Assembly (NCBI GenBank): GCA_964035575.1
Contig: OZ037838.1
Location: 1,798,001 to 1,862,000 of the forward strand
Length of the DNA: 64,000 bases
DNA from: Rhynchopus sp. YZ270_cl-10
Taxonomy: Eukaryota
Direction: 5' to 3'
Shown here: piece by piece, positions 32,965-45,351 of the stretch
Layout: each line of letters opens with the position of its first letter
Position numbering within the stretch: the stretch's first letter is position 1
The notes under the pieces: model-generated
What the model was told of the DNA's origin: nothing
What the model saw: only the letters and a program-made list of their open reading frames with translations
Database searches by the model: none
Made by a program: the position numbers and the translations under genes

Positions 32965-33222
32965 GTTAGATTCTCCCCTCCGCTTCTCATCCTCGTCGCC
33001 CAAACCTTCCTTGCTCGCAGTATGGCATCAGAGCAGACCATATCTATATATTCCGTTTCCTCCTCCATCTCGCGGGCCTTCCGTGTGGCCTACTCCACGT
33101 CTGGAAGGACCTGTAATATCTCTGCAATCTCCAGCAGCCTGCAGCGTCACGTGCTCCGCATCACGTTTCGCCAGCGCTGGCTGCTCCTCCTTCTCGATCC
33201 TCATCAGATCCAAGCACTCCAA
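32965..33222 (-). pseudogene. ~260-bp coding-like fragment present upstream of copy C but not copy D
   Basis: Flanks GTTCTTACTTCT and TAGACAGAACTATTCC are ~17 bp apart at 49224-49268. The insert is GC-richer and gives broken minus-strand frames (RIEKEEQPALAKRDAEH; REMEEETEYIDMVC). Confidence 0.35.
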
Positions 33223-33467
33223 CTAGACAGAACTATTCCTCGCTGTTACATGTGTCGCTCTCATGAAGGAGGTACAAGGAGCTATCTCCGCGCCGTTTTC
33301 AATCACAATACTTTTTATGCGGCTCATAGCCCGTACACAGTGATATTTCGTGCCATGTGGCAGGCCATTTGACCCACCGCAGGAAGGCTGCTCTTTCATC
33401 AGTGCTGTTGCAATAGTGCTGCTGACACACACCTTTCCCACCCCACCCTGCAGACACACACACCACC

Positions 33468-35906
33468 ATGGAAATACGTAAGTTCAAACCAACTTGCACA
33501 ATCAATCTGACATGGCTTATTGCCATGGCGACAGCATTCTCCACGTGTGCGTCGATTGCCGGCGGGATGATCATGTACTTCGAGTCTGTCGCAGCACTGG
33601 AGAAGACGATTGAGGAGGTGTCTCTCGCTGAGTGTTCTAGTATCCAGCTGGACCTCTTGAAGAGCGTAGAGGAGGCAGAGTCCATTGTGTACAAGACTGA
33701 GAGGTTTTTGTTTACGTCCGTGATCAAGTCCCAAGGTCCTATCGTGGCTGACGAAAATGGGTTCCTGAATGTCTCGAAGTCGGACAGCACTGACTGGGTT
33801 GAGATGATTCGGCGCTACAAGTTTGGCGCAATCCGGCGCAGCAAGCATCTCTACTCCATCGGTGTTGTGCTGATACCTCACGTGAGGACGGACTCGGCTG
33901 GCATCTACACGAACGTGTGGTTCGATCTGAAGGCGGGAAACGAGCGTGAGTTTGTTTGGGGCCGCTCTGGGAACATGATTGAAGGGGCGAACAACACACA
34001 TCTGACACTGGCACGAACAGACAAGCTGGACGAGGAGTCTGGCGAGATTACTGGGTTTGCGTACAACTTCCCTGCCATCGGACGGTTCATTAACTACGCA
34101 ACCTATACATTCGCTGACGGCACAGAGCTCAACTTAACGAATTGGCCTGCAGACTACGCACCACGTGGCTGGTCGCAGGGCACCTATGGCGCACAGGCCC
34201 AGCGCTGGCGCTACCCTTCCACATGGTACGCCTCGGACAACAACCCTTACGTGTACAACTCATATGACGTTGTCTTCGCACCCCCACCCCCACCACACCC
34301 GTGGTCGGCTTACAAGTACATCTACATCAGCGGCTTCTTCATCTTCACGCCTTGGGAGGAGGCCATGGCCCAGTACGGACGGGACCACCCGGGAACAGAG
34401 GTAATCGTCTTCGACGCGACCACCGAGTTCGTGTATGCTACTTCAGACAACAGAGCCATGATTGACAAGTCGTGCGTCGCGGGTGGGCGCACGGACACGC
34501 CACTGGAGGACTGTGTTGTGATGATTTCGCACATGCCCAAGGTGATTCGGGACGCGTGGAAGGAAGTCAAAGACGAGGAGGACACCTTTCGCATCACTGA
34601 TCTCGACGGCGAGAAGCACTTCGTGCGCAGGGCACCCCTCTTCCGCTTCACGCCCGAGGGAGGCAAAGACGAGAGCATCCCTGCACCCATGAACGCCTGC
34701 ATCCTCTGGGTGCGCCCGTACTCTTCTGTCGAGGGTGAGGTGAAGAACGCGCTGTACCTCTTGATCGGCTTCTCTGCCGCAGTGTTGCTCCTGGACGTGG
34801 TGCTTGCAGTGTGTGAGGTGCTTGTGGTCGGTGTGCCGCTGATAAAGCTATCTGCTGCGATGACACACCTGCACGACATGGACCTCGTCAACGCGCTGCG
34901 GTGCACAGACGCCGCACGTACACAGGCCATTGCTGTCACGCAGATCCGCAACGTGATCAACGGCCTTCTCTTCGCTGTGCGGAACCTTGGGCAGTACAAA
35001 GCGTTCCTCCCGTCGTCGCTTTTTCAGGAGGAGGACACCGCCGATGATGGGTCGAGCGAGACTTCCGTCACAAAGGATACTGGCAGTAAGGGCAGCGGTG
35101 ACTCCAGCACATCACCTGCGGCCCGCAGACACTCTGCAGCTGCGTCCCGCAGCAGTGCCGTTGTGCGCACAGGGAACGTGACGCAGCTTCAGACTGTGTC
35201 TGCCAAGGGTGCGCTGCTTGCGGTGCGTGTTGTTGCTGCAGAGGTGGGGCATGCGGAGTACACAACACTGATCGGATACCTGCAGGACATTGTCTCAGCA
35301 AGGCGTGGGATGCTGCACGGTATCCAGGCTGTGGAGCACACTCTGTTCCACATCTCGTGGGGGCTGACAGCACGCTGCACGCTGTCCTCCTGTGTGAAGT
35401 ACGCAAGCGAAGTCGCCTCGTTGCTGCCGAATGCACCCACACGCGTGTCCTCTGCTATCGTGTCGGGCTCGTTCCATGTCGGCAACGTCGGGAACAGCAC
35501 TCTGCGTGGTGTTGCTGTGTGCGGTACTGAAACCTCAAAGCTGGCCGCCTTCCAAGCCTTCTCCGCACACTGCATGGTGCTGTCCAAGTCAGCTTCGGTG
35601 ACAGTACTCAGCAGAAGGGCGGCTTCTGTTCTGGAGGGACAGTTCCTCACCCACTACCTGTGCAAAGCCTTAGGTGACAGGATGTGCGAGCTTGGTGCAC
35701 AAAGCGTCCAGAAGAACGAGGAATGGATGTACACAGTGGACCGCGACCAGTCCACAAGGGACCCCATACAGAGGCACGTAGATGATGGACTTCCCTTCAA
35801 AGATGTGTCGAAGCAGCACATGACAGATCTGCAACAACTTCTCTTCGAGTCAGCTGAAGACGTGAACATGGTGTGGTCTGTCGCCGGAAGGCTGGGCCCA
35901 GCATAA
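33468..35906 (+). CDS. Receptor-type cyclase-like protein, copy C (812 aa)
   Basis: Almost identical to copy B, with 9 extra aa in the Ser-rich linker region; shares B's 3' flank (31229-31440 vs 35907-36120). Confidence 0.8.
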   Translation: MEIRKFKPTCTINLTWLIAMATAFSTCASIAGGMIMYFESVAALEKTIEEVSLAECSSIQLDLLKSVEEAESIVYKTERFLFTSVIKSQGPIVADENGFLNVSKSDSTDWVEMIRRYKFGAIRRSKHLYSIGVVLIPHVRTDSAGIYTNVWFDLKAGNEREFVWGRSGNMIEGANNTHLTLARTDKLDEESGEITGFAYNFPAIGRFINYATYTFADGTELNLTNWPADYAPRGWSQGTYGAQAQRWRYPSTWYASDNNPYVYNSYDVVFAPPPPPHPWSAYKYIYISGFFIFTPWEEAMAQYGRDHPGTEVIVFDATTEFVYATSDNRAMIDKSCVAGGRTDTPLEDCVVMISHMPKVIRDAWKEVKDEEDTFRITDLDGEKHFVRRAPLFRFTPEGGKDESIPAPMNACILWVRPYSSVEGEVKNALYLLIGFSAAVLLLDVVLAVCEVLVVGVPLIKLSAAMTHLHDMDLVNALRCTDAARTQAIAVTQIRNVINGLLFAVRNLGQYKAFLPSSLFQEEDTADDGSSETSVTKDTGSKGSGDSSTSPAARRHSAAASRSSAVVRTGNVTQLQTVSAKGALLAVRVVAAEVGHAEYTTLIGYLQDIVSARRGMLHGIQAVEHTLFHISWGLTARCTLSSCVKYASEVASLLPNAPTRVSSAIVSGSFHVGNVGNSTLRGVAVCGTETSKLAAFQAFSAHCMVLSKSASVTVLSRRAASVLEGQFLTHYLCKALGDRMCELGAQSVQKNEEWMYTVDRDQSTRDPIQRHVDDGLPFKDVSKQHMTDLQQLLFESAEDVNMVWSVAGRLGPA

Positions 35907-38451
35907 ATCCAATGTTTTTTTAGTGTACGTGTGGTGTGTGGTTGTGATGGGCCGAATTAATTTTTTTTGGTCGACCACAGTTGACAGGGGGTAACGCTAC
36001 GGATGCTCTAACTGTTTCCATCCACTCATTTTTATTCCTCCCTTCTTACACGTCCCCCGTTTGTACCCCTTTTGTCAGTTGTGCACGCGTTTAGGAAGGC
36101 AACTTCCTTCACGCAACGACTTCGCTAATGATTAAGTTGTCGAATAAATAAATTCAAAATACATTGTCCAGAGAACTCTCGAAAAGAAAACCACCACGAC
36201 AGTGCTAACTTTCTCATTCTCTTCTGAGGATGTTACCCTCTAGGCCTACCCTCAGTCCACGGAGGGCGGGATGTAGCTTTGTTACCGACGCGCCACCTTT
36301 GCGAACCCAACCACACTCTATTGCGTGGCACTGGGCACGCTCCTGGTAGCCCACGCATGCGCGAATACGCAGTGGGCCCATGTTTTTTCGCCCCTGAGCA
36401 TAAATGGCCAGTGGTCAGGCCAGAGTCGTTTTGGTGGGGTCGCTCTGCTTCTGGTCGGAAAACCCCCAGATATGGGTCAGATACACCCTGTGACCCAAAA
36501 TTCATGATTAGGGCGACTCGAATATAATAATTTTAATCATAAATTTGCGCGTTTTACGTACGTACCAACATGTACCCTCATAGTAAAAATAATGTTTTTT
36601 CAAAAATAAATTAATAACGCTCCGTCCCAAATTTTTGTCCACACATACGATAAAGTAATAGTTACTCCACTAAATAAATCGAGCAAAAATATGGTGAACT
36701 CAGCGGAGCCCGGTTTTAAAAGTGCCAAAAACGACCTTTTCGTTTTGACGCATTGTGACTTCCTCAAATGCACTTTTCAAGGGTAAAAAATTCGGGTTTT
36801 CTAAGCACAACCAGTGTTAAGTCAAAAATTTTCGCGAAAAAAAAATAGATTTTTTTTGACTCTAGATGCCGGAACCCAGAAACGTCCATTCGAGCAATTT
36901 TTTTTTGGTTTTGACACCCCCTGTGCCCGCCAGGCATAGTCTGTACAAAGTGATTTTTACCTGGATTTTTGCCTGTATTTTCCTTAAGGAAAATACATAG
37001 GGAATTATCTTAAGTTTAAAAAAATGACCCAAAAGCAGGGCGTTCGCCCCGGGGCGAAAAATATTTTTTTTCGTTAAAAAAATCTTTTCCTGAAAAAATG
37101 ACATTTTATTTCGCCCCAGGGCTTCGCCCCACCGGGGCGAAACCCTGTATAAATAAATAAATAAATAAAAAAAAGGGGAAAAAAAAAAAAAAAAAAAAGA
37201 GAGAGAGAGATTTCTCCCCACCACCCTGTCGACCCCCCCGGAGGGGGGGTCGCAGAGGGGGTGTCCACTGTACTCAAAATCATCCGCAAACCCGCCTGCC
37301 GTGAAAGGAAGTTTCCCCAGCACTCCTGCTCGCTCCTCAATCCTGCAGTCTGCTGAAGGTGTCCAGTACCCCCTGGTATAGAAGGTGTCACTACTCGTGT
37401 CAACTCTACCTTCAACGGCAGAGAGACGTTTTAGTTTATTGAAAATAGTCAAAATAAGGATGAAGTCTCATATGACAGATGCCTCTCTCTTGTACATCTG
37501 TTTGATTAAACAGCACAAAGAGACCCTCAGTGAGGGGGGATTGATGAAATTCTCCATCGTTTTGCTGGTTTTAGTATCAGGAAAGTTCAGCTGTAATAGC
37601 ACTTGTGCTGGGGAAGGGATCACGCGCAAATCGCAAAATTTTTTTGACCACTCAGTACCAGGGATTCACCCCCACGAACTAGCTTCTCTCCGGCGGGAAA
37701 TTTTTTTTGACCTATTTTAAGCACTAGTAAAAAACCAAAAATTTCGGGTTTTTTGGCATTTCGCCACGATCAGGAAAAAACGATGGCGATAGCGAACGCC
37801 CTGCCCAAAAGTAACATTTTTTTTGTAACAATTTAATAAAATGTTTTATTCGTTTTTTTGCAGTTGGGCAAAAAGTAACAAATGTAACAAAGAAAAAATA
37901 AAAAGTACATGGTTGAAGCACGGGAGTACCATAGGGAACTGGGTTGCTGACCACACCATACAGGCTGTACCTCAATTTTTTTTTGCCTGCGGCGCCATTT
38001 TCCCTTTTTTGCTCCGCAAAAAAGGGTTCGTTGAGTGACTCTGTGTAAAAAGCTAGATTTTTACACCATGGGTTTCCGCGCTGTATGCTTTATTAGCCCC
38101 CCCAGTAACATTTTTGTTACGCCTGCGGCGTAACAAAAATGTTACAAAAAAATAAAATCCAAAAAATGAAAAAAGTAACAAAATGCAAAAATGTTATAAA
38201 AAATAATAAAAAACGCCGAAATAATTTATTTGTAACAATAACATAATTTATACTATGAGGGTATTAAAAATGCAAAAAAAAAATAGTGAAAAAGTGGCTT
38301 TTTGACGGTTTTGGCCATGTTGGCGAAATGCCATTCCGACACACTTTAGGGACTTTTTTTGGGCGTTTATTGGTGTTTTTGTGGTAAAAAATCGTCCTCT
38401 GCTGGTCCAGTGGCGGGTTGGCTGTAGTTGCCCTTTCACGACTTTTTTCCT

Positions 38452-38545
38452 TGTACCTGTGTACCTGTGTACCTGTGTACCTGTGTACCTGTGTACCTGT
38501 GTACCTGTGTACCTGTGTACCTGTGTACCTGTGTACCTGTGTACC
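38452..38545. repeat. (TGTACCTG)n octamer microsatellite
   Basis: Read directly. Confidence 0.95.
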
Positions 38546-40770
38546 AGTACCCATAATACCCAAATAATTTAGGATAATACCCACTGGATATTATCCGAAA
38601 TGGGTACTAGAAATTTGGGCCCACCCTCTCCCTTTTTTCAATGCAGGTTTCACAACTGGTAGACTATCTAACGCCACTCATTACGTGCAGATATACAGTG
38701 TCACGGTGGTCATTTGACAGGGGGGTCTTGTCATGTAACTAGTCATGCACCTTGTCACATGACTAGTCATGGGTGGTAACTAGGTCGTGGTATATAGGAC
38801 TACTGGCCAAATAATTGCCGCATACCTAGAAGGCGAATTTCGTATTCGCCTATATTCGGATCCGAATGTAGGGCGAACCCACGAAGCCCACTCAAAACCC
38901 AATTCCAAGGGCACTTTTTTACCTCTCGACGTTAATTCATCTATCTTCTACTCGGACTTTTTGCTCGATTTTTCCTCCTGTGACCTCAGAAACGTCATTC
39001 TGAGTTCAAAGGAGCAAAAATCGAACAAAAAGTCCGAGTAGAAGTTATCTCATTGACACGTAAGTACAAAAGGTTACCTTTTTAGGGGGGGAGGTTTACG
39101 GACCATATTATATTATTCTGGGTCGCCCTAATCATGAATTTTCGGGTCACAGGGCGTTTCTGACCCATTTCTGGGGGGTTTTCCGACCAGAGGTGGCCTG
39201 GAAATGGCCAGAATTGTCGTAACAGGTTAACGACACACAATTTTACTAGGGAGTCGCTGACCTTAGATTCCTCCCTCCCCGCCCACCCCTTTTTCTGTTT
39301 TTGGGTTTCTGCTCTCTTGTGTAGCACCAAGCGTTGGGTGCAGCGAACTGCAGTGCCTGTTACGGGTAGGTCTACTTAGCTTTCTTTTACATCTGTTGTC
39401 ATAGGCCGCAGGGTACTTATGCTTTCATCCGGGGCTGGCATCGTACGTGGGTCAGTCGGAGGTGCCTGCATCAATAACTTCACTTTTTTGTCAGGGGAGA
39501 AGCTTGTGAGCAGCGCAGGTTGAGCAGGTTTTTTTCCAGAACGTATCGTATTATGTGTATTATAACGCGATACGTGGGATAGTCATGTATTTGCCAATAC
39601 AGACGGTGTGTGCAGCATCTAATGGCCGGTTTGAACAGGAGGGTTGTCCTGGGTGGGTAACATTGTAACTCTCATTGCACCTATTTTCAGAATCAGGAGC
39701 TATGTTGGGAACTGCTAAATGAATTATCGCTTTTTATTTCAGCTCCACTTTCGTGGCTCATGTTTGTGTTCTTTTTTGTTACCTTTTTCTACTTGTTTCA
39801 GGGTTTTATCTCCTTATATGTTAGTGGTCCCTAGACCGGGTAAAATAAAAAAAAAAAATATTTACCCGGTCTGGGAAAAAAAAAAAAAATCCACCCGGTC
39901 AGGCCAAAAAAAAAAAATCAAAAGGGGGGTCCGGCGAATATAGGTCCAGTCCCGTCCAGTCCGGTCAATATCGGTTTTTTTTCCAGGCTTGGAAAAGTAG
40001 TTGTCCAAAAAAAATTTTTCAAAAAAAAAAAAAAATTTTTTTGAAAACTTGGTTGTATTAGTGTAGCCACCCTAGAGTGTGCTCCACTAGTTTTTTTTTT
40101 TGACAACTACTTTTTCAAGCCTGAAAAAAAATTTTTTTTGGGCTGACCTTGGGACCTTGTGTACCGAAAAATTCAAAAAACGGCAAAATTTTGATGTTTT
40201 GAGCATCTGTGGGTGAATCATATGCACTGCTACAGTGGCCTATTATTGGGTGTTTTCCTTAGCAAATTCCTTCACAAAACTCATTTTTGATTTTGGCAAA
40301 GGCAAATTTCAGGCCAAAAAAAAGTCACCCCTGGTAGTGGGTCCTTGGGTGTCCAAACATGCCAAAAGCACAAAAAAATTGATGTTTTGGCCTTCTGTGG
40401 GCACCTAAAACGCACTTCTCTGCCCAAAAAATGAATCATTCACATTTCAGAGGTCCTGCATGAAAATGCCCATTTGAGCCCAAATTTTCGGTTTTTTTTC
40501 AACATTTCTTCAACACAGGCCCCGCCAGGTGGTCCGGGCGTCCAAAAAAAAAAAATTTTTTTTTTTTGCGAAAAATTTTTTTTTCGACAACTACACGGTG
40601 GCCCATTCCTACCCTTAGGGTAGGGTCCGCGGGGGGTACCCAAGGGGGTACCCCCCAGACTACCCCATGGGGTACCCCCCAAATCTGAGGGGTACCCCAT
40701 GGGGTACCCCCCAGACTACCCCCGGGGGTACCCCCCGGGGTACCCCGCGCGGACCCTGACTGGCACTGGG

Positions 40771-40984
40771 GGTACACAGGTACACAGGTACACAGGTACA
40801 CAGGTACACAGGTACACAGGTACACAGGTACACAGGTACACAGGTACACAGGTACACAGGTACACAGGTACACAGGTACACAGGTACACAGGTACACAGG
40901 TACACAGGTACACAGGTACACAGGTACACAGGTACACAGGTACACAGGTACACAGGTACACAGGTACACAGGTACACAGGTACA
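40771..40984. repeat. (GGTACACA)n octamer microsatellite
   Basis: Read directly, ~26 units. Confidence 0.95.
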
Positions 40985-42418
40985 GCCAGAGTGCCAGAGT
41001 GCCAGAGTCAAGGGTCCGCGCGGGGTCCGCCCCCCGATGACATAACGAAGTATCGCTTGAAAATACCGTTCAATATATGTTGCTTGGTGTGCATGAAGAA
41101 GGACACACAAGGTATATCAAACGATAAATCAATCAGATAAACGTTACATCATCGGAAAATTGTTGGCACCGCCCCCCTGTCTTCGTATTTATTACCCCGT
41201 CGACAGGCCAAACAGTGTTGGGCTCAGAAGAAGCAGTGCAAGACAGTCACTGGGGATCAACATGAGAACCAACTCCCAACAACACAGGCTACCGAAGTAG
41301 CAGGTGGGGTGTTGCGGGTGTTTGGGGTGAGAAAATCGATTTTGGTAAGTTGCAGCAGAACATTCTTAAGTTCGCACTAGTCGAGAGAGGCTTACCCGCT
41401 GCAGTGAAGCAGTGCACCCATTTAAGGGTGGAGAAGCGTGACACGCACATACAAGTATGTACGTTACTTCAACAAAGGCTGAATTCTGGTAATTCTAAGG
41501 GATGTGAATTCAGCCACCACGCAGGTAGTGTTTTAAGGTTCCTCGCTTTGTGCTGCACAGCGGACTAATGACACAAAGGAGTTGCCCCCGCTCTCTTTCG
41601 CGCAAACTTAAGAAAATTCTGAAGTAACTACAACCTGGCGTGCGGGTACAGATGCATTGCTTTGTTCTTTCCTCAAAGTCATATCTGATCTCTCGGGTCT
41701 GTTCTAAAGTCAGTGTTTAGATAAGCATCCACTTGACTCGTTCTAACAACCGTTGAAATCTAGAACAAAACAATACGCTGCCCCTTCTCACACCAAGCCG
41801 CCATGCTTCAAGAGCATGCCCTGGGCAAAAATTACTGTGACAAAAATTGGTTTTCTGGGGGAACGCGATATTTCTTGTGCCTGCTGTAGTCCTCCGCAAG
41901 AGCAGAGGACAGACTTTCCGGATCCCGAAGCCAAATTTTTTGCACTAGCTATGCTCCCTAATGGCTATAGCAGTGACTGACTAAGAGTTTCATAATAATT
42001 GAGGTGGTCTATGGGGTGGGTTAATGGAAAAATTGGTTTAAAAACCCAACTTTTGCGGTCGCCACCTGGTTTGAAATAATTGCACCAGCTCTTCCATCGG
42101 CACTGTTTCGCTGTCACGATGAAGGGTCGTCGGTTCGGGTACCTGTTGAGAGAAATTGAGTGCAAAAGTAGAGACTACAACAAAAAAAATCAAACAAACA
42201 AACAAGAAGCCGCTCCGTACCTCTTCCATGCAAAAAAGAAAGTAAAAGACTGCCCTTCCTCAGTCCGGAAGTAGCACCTCATCCGGTTCCCTGACGTAAA
42301 AGAGTTGTAGAGGTTACGAGATGCCATGATAAAAAAGTAAAAGTGACAATTTTGACAATAAAAATATGCTTCGATTGACATCCGAGCGGGACAAAGGCGA
42401 AAAGGGGGAGCGGGGGGG

Positions 42419-43254
42419 CACAGCAGAGAATAAGCCCGGTCCCCGGTCCCCGCTCCCCGGTCCCTGGCCCCGGTCCCGGTCCCTGGTCCTGGTACTGGTC
42501 CTGGTCCCGGTCCCAGTACTGGTCCCGGTCCTGGTCCCAGTCCCGGTCCTGGTATCGGTCCCAGTCCCGGTCCTGGTACTGGTCCCGGTCCCGGTCCCGG
42601 TCCCGGTCCCGGTCCCGGTCCCGGTCCCGGTCCCGGTCCCGGTCCCGGTCCCGGTCCCGGTCCCGGTCCCGGTCCCGGTACTGGTCCTGGTACTGGTCCC
42701 GGTCCTGGTCCCAGTCCCGGTCCTGGTATCGGTCCCAGTCCCGGTCTTGGTACCGGTCCCGGTCCCGGTCCCGGTCCCGGTCCCGGTCCCGGTCCCGGTC
42801 CCGGTCCCGGTCCCGGTCCCGGTCCCGGTCCCGGTCCCGGTCCCGGTCCCGGTCCCGGTCCCGGTACTGGTCCTGGTACTGGTACTGGTCCCGGTCCCAG
42901 TCCTGGTACTGGTCCCGGTCCTGGTCCCAGTCCCGGTCCTGGTATCGGTCCCAGTCCCGGTCTTGGTACTGGTCCCGGTCCCGGTCCCGGTACTGGTACT
43001 GGTCCCGGTCCTGGTCCCAGTCCCGGTCCTGGTATCGGTCCTGGTCCTGGTACTGGTCCTGGACCAGGACCGGGACAGAGACCGGGACCAGTACCTGGTC
43101 CTGGTCCCGGTCCCCCACCCTCCCGCGCCCGGGTCCCCTCCCACTTTCGGGCGTTTTCACCACTGTTTTCTACATATTGTGTCCCAGTCCGGCTGAGAAT
43201 AACCCGGTCCCCGGTCCCCGGTCCCCGGTCCCCCCTACCTTATTCTCTGCTGTG
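42419..43254. mobile_element. hAT-like MITE with an expanded internal (GGTCCC)n-variant hexamer array, nested in 40594-44370
   Basis: Perfect 16-bp TIR CACAGCAGAGAATAAG / CTTATTCTCTGCTGTG; 8-bp TSD CGGGGGGG (42411-42418, 43255-43262). Confidence 0.88.
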
Positions 43255-44469
43255 CGGGGGGGTGTAAAAACCGGGGCTTAAAAACATACCTTGCAGCACT
43301 CGCTCGGCCTACTCTCCAGGTACGAGAACATCACTGCACGAACAATCCCACTGATACTGATACCTGCATTCTATTTGTTGCCACATGGTAAAAATGACCA
43401 AAACTTCGACCAATTTTTTTTTCTTCACAATTTGCTCATTGAGACTTTGGATTTTTTGGGCCATTTATGACCTACCACGCCCGATTTTGGGCGAGAAGAA
43501 AAAAAAATTTGGGTCAAAAATCGAGGCGTCTTTGGTAAAATCACGACTTTTCGGGCGCGAAACCACGTTTTAGACCCCCACAGATGCTCAAAAGTGCCAA
43601 ATTTTGCTTTTAATGGCCTCAAAGGATCACGGGAGCACCCCTCGTAATTACGAGGGCTCCCCACGCCGTGACGTCGTCATTGCGCGCGTAATTTCCCACG
43701 TATGCGGGCGTGGTTGGTCATAAAATGGCCCAAAAACCCCAAACAAAACCTCAGATTGACCAAATCGAGGAAAAATTGTCAAGTCGAAATTTCAGCCAAA
43801 ATACGGTCATTTTGGTTATACCCCGCGGTGTATGCAGTAGCTAGAACACGTACACAGCTAAGTTCCTAAGCGATTTCCTTCACATTTTTCATGAAAAATT
43901 GGTCAAAAATCGACTTGTCTTTGGTAAAAAAACCACGAAAAATCGGCTGCGCAAAACCACGTTTTAGACCCCCACAGATGCTCAAAAGTGCCAATTTTTG
44001 CTTTTAATGGCCTCAAATCGTCGAAATTAGGCCTATATAGGGCAAAAAAAAATTTTTGAGAGTCCCTTTCCCTGGGAGGCAATAGCCACCGGGTGTGCAG
44101 GGGGTACCCCGGGGGGTACCCCCCAGGGTCCGCGGGGGTACCCCATGGGGTACCCCCGCGGACCCTGGGGGGTACCCCTCGGGGTACCCCAAACCCCCCA
44201 AAGGGTACCCCGCGCGGACCCTACCCAACCCTGTGGGGTACCCCCTGGGGTAGCCCACGCGAGGGGGTACCCCCCGCGGACCCTACCCTGCGTGGTACCC
44301 TACCCTGCGGGGTACCCCTTTTGGGGGTACCCCCGGGGGTACCCCCAAAAGGGTCTGCTGGGCCACCGTGTACTTTTCCAAGCCTGAAACCGATATTGAC
44401 CGATATTGACCAACATTGGCTTTTACTCTACGACGGACTCTCTTCAGATACCGACTATTTTTACGTAGA

Positions 44470-45145
44470 AAAAAAAATTTTTTTTTTCGACAACTACTTT
44501 TTCAAGCCTGGAAAAATTTTTTTTTTTCGGGCCTGACCTTGGGACCTTGTGCACCGAAAAATTCAAAAAAAACCAAAATTTTGGGGGGTCCGGCGAATAT
44601 AGGTCCAGTCCCGTCCAGTCCGGTCAATATCGGTTTTTTTTCCAGGCTTGGAAAAGTAGTTGTCCAAAAAAAAATTTTCAAAAAAAAAAAAAAATTTTTT
44701 TTTTTCGACAACTACTTTTTCAAGCCTGGAAAAAATTTTTTTTTTCGGGCCTGACCTTGGGACCTTGTGCACCGAAAAATTCAAAAAAAACCAAAATTTT
44801 GGGGGGTCCGGCGAATATAGGTCCAGTCCCGTCCAGTCCGGTCAATATCGGTTTTTTTTCCAGGCTTGGAAAAGTAGTTGTCCAAAAAAAAATTTTCAAA
44901 AAAAAAAAAAAAATTTTTTTTTTTGACAACTACTTTTTCAAGCCTGAAAAAAAATTTTTTTTGGGCTGACCTTGGGACCTTGTGTACCGAAAAATTCAAA
45001 AAACGGCAAAATTTTGATGTTTTGAGCATCTGTGGGTGAATCATATGCACTGCTACAGTGGCCTATTATTGGGTGTTTTCCTTAGCAAATTCCTTCACAA
45101 AACTCATTTTTGATTTTGGCAAAGGCAAATTTCAGGCCAAAAAAA
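44470..45145. repeat. 218-bp tandem repeat (~2.4 units) plus tail; homologous to 39925-40325
   Basis: Near-identical ORF translations offset by 218 nt (44502 vs 44720); shared GGGGTCCGGCGAATATAGGTCCAGTCCCGTCCAG. Confidence 0.85.
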
Positions 45146-45351
45146 ATCGCCGGGGGGCTTTGCCCCCCAAACCCCCCAGACCACCCTAACAACATCACAT
45201 TTCAGAAAAACATTGTTTTTTCGTTTTTGTTCACTTTCTTTTCTTCTCCCTCACACCTGTTTGCTGTGAATTAAATTTTTTCGTTTTTTCGCCTGGTCGC
45301 ATACTGCGAGTTTTCCTGGAAGCGCAGGAAAAATGACTGGGGAGTGTTGAA

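Larger units (their letters stand above)
40594..44370. mobile_element. 3.8-kb non-autonomous TIR element: 12-bp TIR CACGGTGGCCCA, TA TSD, subterminal GGGGTACCCC palindrome arrays (CMC-like or Tc1/mariner-like, unresolved)
   Basis: CGACAAC-TA-[CACGGTGGCCCA...TGGGCCACCGTG]-TA-CTTTTCCAAGCCTG; the uninterrupted site CGACAACTACTTTTTCAAGCCTG is seen at ~44488 and ~44706. Confidence 0.82.

Noticed and set aside
36451..39190. Possible 2.7-kb element bounded by diverged ~85-bp inverted repeats
   Set aside because: The inverted similarity is real, but ends and TSD could not be defined, so it is not called as an element.
42440..43115. Telomeric repeat array
   Set aside because: The unit is GGTCCC-type rather than TTAGGG, and it is enclosed by TIRs and a TSD.
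42279..43196. ORFs of 276-294 aa (DRDR/GTGT/VPVP)
   Set aside because: Translations of a hexamer satellite inside a MITE.
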